Assembly (NCBI GenBank): GCA_002104905.1 | Contig: MCFE01000341.1 | Span: 27,672-91,671 of the forward strand | DNA length: 64,000 bases | From: Basidiobolus meristosporus CBS 931.73 | Taxonomy: Eukaryota; Fungi; Basidiobolomycota | Direction: 5' to 3' | Notes under the pieces: model-generated | Seen by the model: the letters and a program-made list of their open reading frames with translations, nothing else | Database searches by the model: none | What the model was told of the DNA's origin: nothing | Program-made: the position numbers and the translations under genes | Shown here: positions 1 through 12,453 of the stretch, piece after piece | Numbering within the stretch: position 1 is the stretch's first letter | Layout of the letters: each line of letters begins with the position of its first letter

Positions 1-635
1 GCCCTTCTGGGATAGGGAATGTGGCTACTTCATGGTGGGGCGGCCCGCCGATGGTCCATCGGATGAATCACGTGCCCGGGGCCTACCAAGCCTTCAGCGC
101 CCGTTGGTAGCACCGCTTTTGAGTGGGGTTTCGGAAAATTGAGAGGAGCTCCAAGCATGCGCCTGGGGAACTCCCGCATTAACCCTGATGAAGATTTGAT
201 GGAATTCCACCCTATATGTAGTACTCAAAACCAGTGAAAATGCCAATGGTGTAAGGTTTGTTTGTTGTCATCGCGTGAGGGTTCAGCGCAGGGGGGGGGG
301 GTGGTGATAATTGTTACCTATGGTGGTGTGCCCTAATATGACCACCATACCCTGACTTTTCCCAGGTCGGATTCTGGCTGGTGTAGGCCAGCAATGCCCG
401 CTAGGAGTGATTGACAATTCTGGAAACTCTCAAGGCTTTCAAGTCTTCCCAGATGACCTCCAAGTTAGGTGGACAGCTTCCTGAGATCCCCCACAAACCA
501 CTTGCATTATGGCTGCTGCAAAGCACTAGAAGAATCTATCCACACTTTGTGCACACAGTAAGCCAGTAATCACCCCACCAGTCTACTGGTTACCTCTGTT
601 GCTTTGAGCACTCTATCGTAAATTTTGTACCTACA
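1..635 (+). mobile_element. Probable 3' end of a Ty3/gypsy element: G-rich polypurine tract (291-304) followed by a putative LTR starting TG at 305
   Basis: G11-TGG then TGATAA mirrors the PPT/LTR junction GAGAGGGGGGTGGA|TGTAG at 31142-31160. No second LTR copy in the window, so the right boundary is a guess. Confidence 0.35.
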
Positions 636-742
636 CCACATTATTTCCAACCCAATCTCTTTGTTGGCCTTCATTGCAATGATTTTCTCCAAACTCTTGG
701 TTGGGAATTACCTGGATATCAGGTGCCCGGATAATTAGTCCC

Positions 743-890
743 TAAATCGCTTTTGATTGGTTCTCTGCCATTTCTCTCATTTCCTGATCCCACACACTCA
801 GTTGTCTCCTTTGTCTGTGTACATTGATTGGCGATTGCCTCTTTTTCAGACTGCCTACTAACTGGCTCTACTGGTGCTCCTACATTGAAC
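743..890 (-). repeat. Fragment of the 3' end/flank of the ORF X family
   Basis: GCTTTTGATTGGTTCTC...GATTGGCGATTGCCTCTTT matches 24770-24880 and the reverse complement of 33350-33470 and 40720-40830 (shared translation GREPIKS). Confidence 0.75.
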
Positions 891-1812
891 CAGACCCCAT
901 ACTCAAGTAACTCCACTAAAATCCACCTAACTTGGTCACTTGGACCATTACCTACAAATCTTGGAGAATTCTGTCCAAATTCCATGTGGGGATTTACTTG
1001 GAATATTTTCACCAAACACCAGGTACCCCAAACATGAGAATCCTTAAATTAGTTCAAGTGGCCCCAGACTCTGCGTACATGTTCCTAGTGCTGTAAGAGT
1101 CTTGGAGATATTGGAAGTGATTGGGAGAACAAGTGGATTATGTAGCTTTCACTTGTTAATTTGTTGAATGTAAAGTAGTAGTTATACTTACACATTGTCT
1201 TGGCATACTAAAAGTGTAGAGAATGTTTAGGAAGGTCCCAAAAGCATATGTGCAAAGCTTGAGGTGGTTTGCACAACTTTGAGAAATCTCATGTTCTGGG
1301 TAGCTGATGTTGTGCTGAAAATATTCCATGTAAATCCTGACAAGTAATTTAGTCAATATTCACTACAATTGGTGGGCAATGATCTAAGTGACTAAGTTAG
1401 GTGAATATTTGAGTGAAATTGCAAGTTTTTGCAACACTCCTACTTGACTAAATACTCACACTGACTAGTCCTAACTTGTGGTAAGAGTCTTGGAGATATT
1501 GGAAGTGATTGAGAGAGCAGGTAGATTATGTGGCTTTCACTCAATGATTTATTGAATGTAAAACTGATATTTATACTTTTACATGATCATGGCATAGCAA
1601 GTGTGTAAAATTGGTTTAGGAAGGTCCCAAGAACATGTGTGCAAAGTTTGGGGCTGTTTGGACAACTTTGAGAATTTTCATGTTCTGAGCAACTGATATT
1701 TTGTTGAGTATATTCCAAGTAGATCCCAACAAGAAATTTGGTCAGTATTTTCTAGTATTTGAAGGTACTGATCTAAGTGACTCAGTTAGGTGAATATCTA
1801 GGTGGAATTGTG
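890..1812. repeat. Cluster of copia family C2 LTRs and LTR fragments (partial + at ~890-1080; minus LTR 1089-1436 with PPT and RNase H tail 1437-1476; minus LTR ~1477-1812)
   Basis: Direct similarity to the LTR pair 3267-3614/7599-7946 (GTAAGAGTCTTGGAGATATTGGAAGTGATTG...). Confidence 0.85.
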
Positions 1813-1819
1813 TGTTGTA

Positions 1820-2955
1820 AGAGCCCTAATGTCAAAGACAAATTGCTAACTCAATACTCAAGTGCAAAAATAACAAAAAATGCCTGGAAGGCATTAGAAG
1901 ACATGCACAGTCATGTTCAGCTGCTAAGAAAATGAATCTTAGAAAAAAGTTCCTCACTACAATGATGCGACCAGGAGTAGAAATGAGAAATCTAATTAAC
2001 AGAGCTACCTGGTTGGTTGATGAGTTGTAATCTGTGGGCTTACCAACTATTGATGAAGATGTGATAGTTGTTGAAATTACTAAGTTGTCACCTAAATACT
2101 CATGCTAACTTAGTCACATAGATCTTATTCTTTGAGCAGCATTCTGTACTGACCAAATTTCTTGTTGGAAATTACATAGAATACTTTCACCAAATTATTG
2201 TTGTAAAAATTTGCAATTGCACCTAAATATTCACCTGACTTAGTCACTTTGATCATTACCTTCAAATCCTAAGGAATACTGACCAAATTCCTTGCTGGAA
2301 TTTACTTGGAATATTTTCACCAAAATACCAGGTACCTAGAACATGAAAATTCTCAAAGTTGTCCAAACAGCCCCAAACCTTGCACCCATATTCTATGGAC
2401 CATCTTTTGCTTATTCTACATGTTTGCTATGCCAAGACCATGTAAAAGTATAAATACTACTCTTACATTCAATAAACCGTTAAGTGAAAACTACTTAATC
2501 TACTTGTTCTCCCAATCACTTCCAGTATCTCCAAGACTCTTACAACAATTATCAGGTACCCAGATTGTGAACTTTCTCAAAGTTGTCCAAAAGCCCCCAA
2601 ACCTTGCATACATACTCTTGGGACCTTCCTTAGCAAACTCTTCATGCTTGTTTACTCTACTTCATCAAATGTATAAACACCATACTTTTGATCAGTAAAC
2701 TTACAAGTGAATAGCATGTAAATCCTCTGGGTTTCCACATCACTTCCAATACCTCTCAGAGTATTGAAACAATAGTTGCCATCCTCAATAGTCTGACAGA
2801 CAAGCTTCAGGGCCTTGTATCAGCCCTAGAGCTCAGACCCAAAGATTTGATCTTAAATTATATATTTGTATGGCTTCTGGATGAAGTATTAAGAAAATCT
2901 AGCGCCAATAAGAAGGAAGAAGAAGTGCTCAAATAAGCAATGATTACAATAAAAG
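1820..2955 (+). pseudogene. Decayed copia C2 gag (element C2d, 5' part), interrupted by the LTR nest 2069-2771
   Basis: Matches C2 gag (NVKDKL..., EDVIV|IVAILNSLTDKLQGLVSALE) and reads through the empty site once 2069-2771 is removed. Confidence 0.8.
2069..2771 (+). mobile_element. Solo LTR of related family C3, containing a nested C2 solo LTR (2199-2547)
   Basis: Outer TG...CA ends with TSD ATAGT (2064-2068/2772-2776). Inner TG...CA ends with TSD ATTAT (2194-2198/2548-2552). The outer LTR is homologous to 24269-24618. Confidence 0.85.
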
Positions 2956-3266
2956 CTTTGTAGGAGTCTTGGAGATATTGGAAGTGACTTGGGAGAACAA
3001 GCAGATTATGTGGTTTTCACTTAATGATTTATTGAATGTAAAAGCAGTATTTATACTTTTACATAGACTTGGCTTTACAAGCATGTACAATGGGCCAAGA
3101 AAGATCCCAAGACTCTGTGTGCAAAGTTTGGGGCTGCTTGGACAACTTTGAGAATATTCATGTTCTGGTTACCTGGTATTTTGGTGAATATGTTCCAAGT
3201 AAATCCCAACAAGGAGTTTGGTTAGTATTCCCTAAGATTTGAAGGAAATGATCCAAGTGACTAAGT

Positions 3267-6200
3267 TGTTGTAAGAGTCTTGGAGATATTGGAAGTGATT
3301 GGGAGAACAAGTAGATTATGAGGTTTTCACTTAATGATTTATTGAATGTAAAAGTAGTATTTATACTTTTATCTGGTCTTGGCATTACAAACCCGTAGAA
3401 TAGGTTAAGGAAGGTCCCAAGAACATGTGTGCAAAGTTTGGGGCTGTTTGGACACCTTTGAGAATTTTCATGTTCTGGGTACCTGGTATTTTGGTGAAAA
3501 TATCCTAAGTAAATCCTGACAAGGAATTTGGTCAGTATTCTCTAGGATTTAAGGGTAATGTTCTAAGTGACTAAGTTAGGTGAATATTTAGGTGGAATTA
3601 CAAATTTTACAACACTCCCACTCAGCTAAATGTTCATACTGACTAGTCCTAATTTTGACCTAAGATATTCAAACTTGTCTCTAGCTAATGGTTTGGTAAA
3701 TATGTCTGCAATCATTTCATCTGTATGACAGTAAACTAAGCTAACTAAGTTATTCTCTATAGCTTCACGTATGAAATGATGTCTAATATCTATGTGCTTG
3801 GTTCTAGCATGAAAAGTTGGATTTCTACCTAATTGTATACATCCTTGATTATCTTGAAATAAAGTAATAGGCATTTTTTGACATAGGCCTAAGTCTGTAA
3901 GAAGTCTTCTTAACCACATTGCTTCTTTTGTAGCTTTACAGGCTGCCATATACTCTGCCTCTGTGGTGGAAAGTGCTACGGTTGGTTGCTTTCTTGAATT
4001 CCATGAAATTGCTCCTTTACAGTAAAGAAAGGTATATCCTGTGGTGGATCTTCTGTCTTCTAAATTTCGTCCCCAATCTGCATCAGAGTATCCCACAAGA
4101 TCTTGTTCTGAGTCCTTATAAGTGTATCTTAAGCAAATATCAGCAGTTGCTTTTAGGTATCTAAAAATCCGCTTAACTGCTGCAATATGATCAGATCCAT
4201 AGTTCTGATTATGTTGGCTGACAACTCCCACTGAATATGAGATATCTGGACGTGTTCCAAGCATGATATACATCAGACTGCCAACCATAGATTGATAAGG
4301 AAAGTCAGGGCTTTCAGATGGCACCAAGCTCTCTTGATTTGGTTGAGTTTTGACCAAGTTAAGGTTTGTCTCCATTGAGGTAGCTGCCGGTTTACAGTCT
4401 TCCATTTTGTACTTCTTTAGTATATCTTGAATATACTTGGATTGGCTTAGGGTAATAGTCTGGGTACTTCTGTCTATGGAGAACTTAATCCCTAAGTAGT
4501 AACTAAGTTCTCCTAGATCGGACATCTTGAACTCCTTAGATAGGCTGGATTTAGTCTCTTCCAATGTTTCTTGGTTATTGGCGGCTATAATAAGATCATC
4601 CACATATAGAGCTAATAGAACTGGATTTGCTCTATCTGGCTTATAGTATATACTATAGTCAGCATTACTTCTTTTGAAACTCAAAGATTCCAAGTAAGAA
4701 TCTATCTTGCAATTCCAGGCTCTTGGTGATTGTTTGAGACCATATAGTGACTTTTTAAGCTTACAGACCAAATGGGGGTTATTTTGGTCAACAAACCCAT
4801 CAGGCTGGTCCATATACACGTCCTCATCAAGTTCTCCATTCAAAATGCAGTTTTTACATCCATTTGATGAATAAAAAACTTATATTTTGCTGCAATAGCC
4901 AAAATTAATCTGATGGAATTAAACTTGGCTACCGGTGCAAAGGTCTCAGTATAGTCAAGTCCTTTTGTTTGAGAGTATCCTTTGGCTACAGGTCTTGCTT
5001 TGTATTTTTCAATTGTACCATCAGCCTTGTATTTTGTCTTGAAGACCCATCTGCATCCAATTGATTTTTGGTTGATTGGTAATTTGACTTAGTCCCAAGT
5101 TTGATTTTCCATTAGGGCCTGATATTCCTCAGTCATTGCAGATCTCCAAAACTTTGTCTGAGGGCTATTTACGGCCTCTTTTACAGTCTGGGGTTCATCA
5201 ATATGGACTGAATAGGCATAGGCTAAGTTTATACCCTCATTGATATAGTAATTTGGGCTATTTCTTGTCCAATTTGATCTCCGGGCATTTGATACTGGAA
5301 TGATCACTTCTGGAATATTCCAGGGCACTAATTCTGGCTGAACCACGGTTGTAGAGTCCTCTGGAGTGAAAAAATCTTCATTGTTTTGCTCTGATTCAAT
5401 CCTGACAATTGGTGTACTTGAGATCAGATTTTTGTCATCATCTGATGTCATTTTTTGTGAAAATTTTGAATTTTCATCAAACAACACATCCCTGGACTTG
5501 ATCAGCTTCTTTGCTTTGGCATTGTAGAGTCTGTATGCCTTACTCTCATTGCAGTAGCCCAAAAATATGCATTTTACACTTTTTGGCTCAAATTTTGACT
5601 GATTTCTGGCCAGTTTTTTGGCATATGCTGTACACCCAAATATTCTTAGATGTTCTGCACTTGGTCTGTATCCATACCATGATTCAAATGGAGTAGAATA
5701 CAAAGTATTCTGTTATAACTCCTATTTTTAAGGTATACAGCAGTGGCAACTGATTCTGCCCAAAAATCATAGGATAATTTTTGATCATGGATCATAGATC
5801 TTGCCATATCAATTATTGATCTGTTAGCTTGTTCTGCTAATCCATTTTGCTGTGGGGAGTATGGAACAGTAGTCTATTGCTTTATCCCATGAATTTTGCA
5901 GAAGTGGATGAAGAGTTTTGAGGAATATTCTCCACCATTGTCAGAGCGTATTTTCTTGATTTATTCACCAGTTTCTCTCTCCACCATGGCTTCAAGCTCC
6001 CTGAACTTAGACAGGGCTTCTTCCTTTCTCTCAATGAAGTAGACCCATGTGTATCTTGTATAATCATCAATAAAAGTGATTAAATACTTCATCCCGCCTA
6101 AGGATAAATTTTGCATAGGTCCTCACAGATCTGAGTGAATTAGATCTAATTTTTTCTTAGCTTTGATTAACCCAGAGCTCTTGAATGGTTGTCTGGCTTG

Positions 6201-7946
6201 TTTCCCATATATGCAGGCTTCACAGTGCTCCAAATTAGCTGGGGGATCAATTTTCACTCCAGAAATTAGCTGATCTTTGATCATTTTGCACAAATAATCA
6301 AAATTGATGTGTCCAAATCTCCTGTGCCAAAGCATTGTTGTTTCTTCATTTAAGTTACTTATAATGGCTTTGAAATATGATGGAATATAAGTCAACTTGT
6401 ATAGATTCTGATCTCTGATGCCCAAAGCAATATGGGCACCATTTTGATCAGTGATCCTGCATCCAGAATTGTCAAAACTGAAACTGTGTCCTTCTGCTGT
6501 GGCCTAGCTTACAGAGAGTAGGTTCTTGGCTATTTCTGGTACATAGAGTACTTCTCTAAAGGTCAGTGTATGGCTTCCTTCACTGCTTCTAAGGTTTACT
6601 TGGATAGTTCCTTCTCCCACTGCATCAAGTGTTCTATTGTCACCCATGAAAACCTTCTTAATTGGAATTTCTTGATATTTGGTAAAAAGTTCTTTTTGGT
6701 GTGTAAAGTGTTGAGATGCTCCAGAGTCAATATACCACGTCTGAGAATCCTTGTTTGTGGTCATATTTAGTGCAGATATGAATAGTCTATCTTTAGTTGT
6801 TGCAGCATTTCCATATTCAGGCTTCTTTTGCTGATTATCTTTCTTTTTGAGACACTGGTCTGATGTGTGTCCTTTCCTTTTGCAGTAGTTGCAAAATAGG
6901 TTGCTGTTGCCTTTTTAGGGTTTTGGGTACCTCCTCTGATGGTTATCATTGCTATTAAAGCATTTTCTTCTTCCTTCTTATTGGCGCTTGATTTTCTTAA
7001 TTCTTCATCCAGATGCCTTCCATATATGTAATTTAAGGTCAAATCTTCAGTTCTGGACTCTAGGGCTGATACAAGGCCCTGAAACCTGTCTGTCAGGCTA
7101 TTCAGGATGGTAACTATCACATCCTCATCAGTAGTTGGTACACCCACAGATTCCATCTCATCTACCAGCAGGGTAATTCTGTTAATTAGATTTTTCATTT
7201 CTTCTCCTTGCAGCATCTTTGTAGTAAGGAATTTTTGTCTCAGGTACATCTTCTCGGCAGCTGAACATGACTGGTAGGTGTCTTCCAATGCGTTCCAGGC
7301 ATTCTTTGCCGTTTTTGCTCTTGAGCATTGAATTAGCAATTTGTCCTTGACATTAAGGCAATTGCAGTTAAAGGCACTTTGTTCTTTCTTTGGGTACTTT
7401 AAGGCTTCCTCACCCACATTTTTAGGAGGGCATTCTTCTCCCATGAAAATATCCCAGAGGCCTCTTTCTTGTAGCAGCATCTTCATCTTCACCTTCCACA
7501 CTTGGTAGTTAGATCCATCCAACTTTTCAGCAGAGGGAAAAATTCCAGGAATAGCAGTAGTAGACATTGCAGAGAGTGACAGCTTGGGGCTCATAACCAG
7601 TTGTAAGAGTCTTGGAGATATTGGAAGTGATTGGGAGAACAAGTAGATTATGAGGTTTTCACTTAATGATTTATTGAATGTAAAAGTAGTATTTATACTT
7701 TTACCTGGTCTTGGCATTACTAACACGTAGAATAGATTAAGGAAGGTCCCAAGAACATGTGTGCAAAGTTTGGGGCTGTTTGGACACCTTTGAGAATTTT
7801 CATGTTCTGGGTACCTGGTATTTTGGTGAAAATATTCTAAGTAAATCCTGGCAAGGAATTTGGTCAGTATTCTCTAGGATTTAAGGGTAATGTTCTAAGT
7901 GACTAAGTTAGGTGAATATTTAGGTGGAATTACAAATTTTACTACA
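3267..7946 (-). mobile_element. Full-length Ty1/copia element C2a (4680 bp)
   Basis: LTRs 3267-3614 and 7599-7946 (348 bp, about 8 differences by eye). TSD TAAGT (3262-3266/7947-7951). PBS GGTTATGAGCCC 7587-7598. PPT GAGTGGGAG next to 3614. Confidence 0.95.
3626..7600 (-). pseudogene. Copia gag-pol of C2a, disrupted by a few stops and frameshifts
   Basis: gag (DGSNYQVWKVKM), zinc knuckle CNYCKRKGH in a shifted frame, protease WYIDSGAS, integrase WHRRFGH...CEAC, RT ALYVDD, RNase H YSDADW/TEAEY/ADIFTK, in copia order PR-IN-RT-RH. Confidence 0.92.
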
Positions 7947-10900
7947 TAAGTTAAGTGAATATATAGGTGGAATTACAAATTCTTACAACACTCCAACTTG
8001 GCTAAATGTTCATAGTGACTAGTCCTAATTTTGACCCAAGATATTCACACTTGTTTCTAACTAATGGTTTGGTAAATATGTCTGCAATCATTTTAGCTGA
8101 AGGACTGTAAACTAAGATAGCTAAGTTAGTCTCTATAGCTTTACAAATGAAATGATGTCTAATATCTATGTGCTTGGTTCTAGCATGAAAAGTTGGATTT
8201 CTACCTAAATGTGTACATCCTTGATTATCTTGAAATAAAGTAATAGGCATTTTTTGACATAGGTCTAGATCTGTAAAAAGCTTTGTTAGCCACATTGCTT
8301 CTTCTGTAGCTTCATAGGCTGCCATATACTCTGCATCTGTGGTAGAAAGTGCTACGGTTGGTTGCTTTCATGAGTTCCATGAAATTGCCCCTTTACAGTA
8401 AAGAAAGGTGTATCCTGTGGTGGATCTTCTGTCTTCTAAATTTTGTCCCCAATCTGCATCAGAGTATCCCACAAGATCCTGTTCTGAATCCTTATAAGTG
8501 TATCTTAGCCAGATATCAGTAGTTCCTTTTAGGTATCTAAAAATCTGCTTAACTGCTGCAATATGATCAGATCCATAGTTCTGATTATGCTGGCTGACTA
8601 CTCCCACTGAATATGAGATATCTGGACATGATCCAAGCAGGATATACATCTGACTGCTGACTATAGGTTGATAAGAATAGTCAGGGCTTTCAGATGGCGC
8701 CAAGCTCTCTTGATTTGGTTGAGTTTTGACAAAGTTAAGGTTTGTCTCCATTGGGGTGGCTGCTGGTTTACAGTCTTTCATTTGATACTTCTTTAGTATA
8801 TCTTGAGTATACTTGGATTGACTTAGGGTGATAGTATGGGTACTTCTGTCTATGGAGAGCTTCATCATTAAGTAGTAACTGAGTTCTCCAAGATCAGACA
8901 TCTTGAACTCTTTAGACAGGCTGGATTTAGTCTCTTCCAATGTTGCTAGATTATTGGTAGCTATAATAAAATCATCCACATATAGAGCTAATAGAGCTAG
9001 ATTTGCCCTATCCAGCTTATAGTATATACTATAGTCAGCATTACTCCTTTTGAAACTCAAAGATTCCAAATAAGAATCTATCTTGCAGTTCCAAACTCTC
9101 TGTGATTATTTGAGACCATATAGAGATTTTTAAGCTTGCAGACCAAATGGGGGTTGTGTTGGTCAACAAACCCATCAGGCTGGTCCATATACATGTTCTC
9201 ATCAAGTTCTCCATTCAAAAACTCAGTTTTTACATCCATTTGATGAATAAACAACGTATCTTTGGCTGCAATAGCCAATATTTATCTGATGGTATCAAAC
9301 TTGGCTACTGGTGCAAAGGTCTCAGTATAGTAGATTCCTTTTGTTTGAGAGTATCCTTTGGCTACAAGTCTTGCTTTGTATCTTTCAATTGTACAATCAG
9401 CCTTGTATTTTGTCTTAAAGAACCATCTGCATCAAATTGATTTTTGGCTGATTGGTAATTTGACTAAGTCCCAAGTTTGATTTTCCATCAGGGCCTGGTA
9501 CTCCTCAGTTATTGCAGATCTCCAAACCTGGTCTGAGGGCTATTTAGGGCCTCTTTTACAGTCTGGGGCTCATCAATATGGACTGAATAGGCAAAGGCTA
9601 AGTTTGTACCCTCATTGATATAGTAATTTGGCTATTTCTTGTCCAATTGGATCTCCTGGCATTTGATAGTGGAATGATCACTTCTGCAATATTCCTGGAT
9701 ACTGACTCTGGGTGAATCACAACTACAGAGTCCTCTGGAATGAAAAAGCTTTCATTGTTTTGCTCTGATTCAATCCTGACTATTGCTGGACTTGAGATCA
9801 GTTTTTTGTCATCATCTGATGTTATTTTTTGTGAGAATTTTGATATTTCATCAAGCAAGCCATCCCTGGACTTGCTCAGCTTCTGTGCTTTGGTATTGTA
9901 GAGTCTGTTTGCTTTACTCTCATTGCAGTGGCCCAAAAATATGCATTTTACACTTTTGGCTCAAACTTTGATTGATATCTGGGCAGTTTCTTGGCACCTG
10001 CTATACAACCAGATATTCTTCAATATTCCGCACTTGGTCTCCATCCATACCTTGCTTCAAATGGAGTAGAATCACTAAGTATTGTGTTATTACTCCAATT
10101 ATTAAGGTATACCGCTGTAGCAACTGATTCTGCCCAAAAATTATAGGATAATTTTTGATCAGGGATCAATGATCTTGACATATCAATTATTGATCTTTTT
10201 GCATGTTCTGCTACTCCATTTTGCTGTGGGGAGCATGGTACAGTAGTCTCTTGCTTTATCCCATGAAATCTGGACATTTGGATGAAGAGTTTCAGGTATA
10301 TTTTTTACCATTATCAGAGTGTATTTTCTTGATTTTTTCACCAGTTTCTCTCTCCACCATGGCTTTAGGCCCCCTGAACTTAGACAGAGCTCCTTCCTTT
10401 CTCTCTAGAAGTAGACCTGCATGTATCTTGTATAATCATCAATAAAAGTAATTAAATACTTCATCCTGCCTAAGGATAAATTTTGCATAAGTCCACACAT
10501 ATCTGAGTGAATTAGATATAGTTTATTCTTAGCTTTGATTACCCAGAGCTCTTGAATTGTTGTAAGGCTTGTTTCACATATACTCAGGCTTCATGGTGCT
10601 CAAGATTAGCTGGGGGTTCAATATTTACTCCAGAAATTAGCTGATCGTTGATCATTTTGCACAAATAATCAAATTTGATATGCCCAAATCTCCCGGGCCA
10701 AAGCATTAATGCTTCTTTGTTTAAGTTACTTTGTTGACTTCCAGATACAATGAAATACAAGACACCTTGTACAGATTATGATCTCTGATACCCAATGCCA
10801 TATGGGCATCATTTTGATAAGTGATCCTGCATCCCAAATTGTCAAAGCAGAAACTGAGTTTTTCTGCTGTGGCCTTGCTTACTGATAGTAGGCAATTGGC

Positions 10901-12453
10901 TACTTCTGGTACATAGAGTACTTGCTTAAATAACAGTGTATAGCTTCCTTTGCTGCTTCTTAGATTTACTTGGATAGTTCCTTCTCCCACTGCATTATAT
11001 GTTCTATCATCACCCATGAAAACCATCTTAACTGGAATTTCTCAGTAATGGGTCCGCATTTCTTTTTGGTGTGTAATGTGTTAAGATGCTCCAGAGTCAA
11101 TGTACCAAATCCAAGAATCCTTGTTTGTGGTCATATTTAGTGCAGATATGAGTTGTCTATCTTCAGTTGTTGCAGCTTTTCTATATTGAGGCTTCTTTTG
11201 CTAATTATCAATCTTTTTGCTACACTAGTCTGATGCATGTCCTTTCCTTTTGCAGTAGTTGCAAAACAGGTTGCTGTTGCCTTTGTAAGGTCTTGGGTGC
11301 CTCCTTTGTTGGTTAACATTGCTTATAAAATCATTTTATTCTTTGTTCATATTGGCACTTGATTTCCTTACTTCTTGGTCCAGGAGCCTTCCATATATGT
11401 AATTTAAGGTCAAATCTTCAGTTCTGGACTCTAGGGCTGATACAAGGCCCTAAAACCTGTCTGTCAGGCTATTCAGGATGGTAACTATCACATCCTCATC
11501 AATAGTTGGTACGCCCACAGATTCCATCTCATCTACTAGCTGGGTAATTCTGTTAATTAGATTTTTCATTTCTGCTCCTGGCAGCATCTTTGTGGTAAAG
11601 AATTTTTGCCTCAGATACATTTTCTTAGCAGTTGAACATGACTGGTAGGTGTCTTCTAATGCCTTCCAGGCATTCTTTGCCGTCATTGCTCTTGAGCATT
11701 GAATTGGCAATTTGTCTTTAACATTAGGCAAATGCAGTAAAAGGCACTTTGTTCTTTCTTTGGGTACTTTAAGGCTTCCTCTACCACATTTTTAGGAGGG
11801 CATTCTTCTCCCATGACAATATCCCAGAGGCCTCTTTCTTGTAGCAGCATCTTCATCTTCACCTTCCACACTTGGTAGTTAGATCCATCCAACTTTTCAG
11901 CAGAGGGAAAAATTCCAGTAATAGCAGTAGTAGACATTGCAGAGAGTGACAGCTTGGGGCTCATAACCAGTTGTAAGAGTCCTGGAGATATTGGAAGTGA
12001 TTGGAAGAACAAGTTGATTATGTGGCGTTCACTTAATGATTTATTGAATGTAAAAGTAGAATTTATACTTTTACCTGGTCTTGGCCTTACAAGCATGTAG
12101 AATAGGCTAAAGAAGAACCCAAGGGCATGTGTGCAAAGCTTGGGGCTGTTTGGACAACTTTGAGAATTTTCATGTTCTGGGTACCTGGTATTTCGGTGAA
12201 CATACTCCAAGTAAATCCCAACAAGGAATTTGGTCAGTATTCTCTAGGATATGAAGGTATTGACCTAAGTGACCAAGTTAGGTGAATATTTAGGTGGAAA
12301 TACAAACTTTTACAACAGTGTCAGCCCTAGTGCTCAGGGCTGAAGGTTTGAACTTAAATTATATATATGTATGACTCCTGGATGAAGTACAAAGAAAATC
12401 TAGCACCAATAAAAAGGAAGAAGTGCTCTAATAAGTGATGATAACCAAAAAAG

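Larger units (their letters stand above)
2956..12317 (-). mobile_element. Copia element C2b (decayed); its 3' LTR (2956-3266 + 7947-7990) is split by C2a; 5' LTR 11969-12317
   Basis: Fragmentary gag, PR (WYIDSG-like), IN, RT (LYVDD) and RNase H ORFs at 8002-11900, many stops and frameshifts. PBS GGTTATGAGCCC at 11957-11968. Confidence 0.9.

Noticed and set aside
2306-2698. Recurrent ORFs MEYFHQNTRY.../MPRPGKSINTTFTF... (also 3158, 11683, 12487, 17150)
   Set aside because: These are translations of the C2 LTR with variable starts, stops and frames, with no sign of a real gene.
6880-6970. Apparent frameshift between C2a gag and its zinc knuckle, suggesting programmed frameshifting
   Set aside because: Sister copies (C2b, C2d flank) have one extra base and read through in frame, so this is a private 1-nt deletion.
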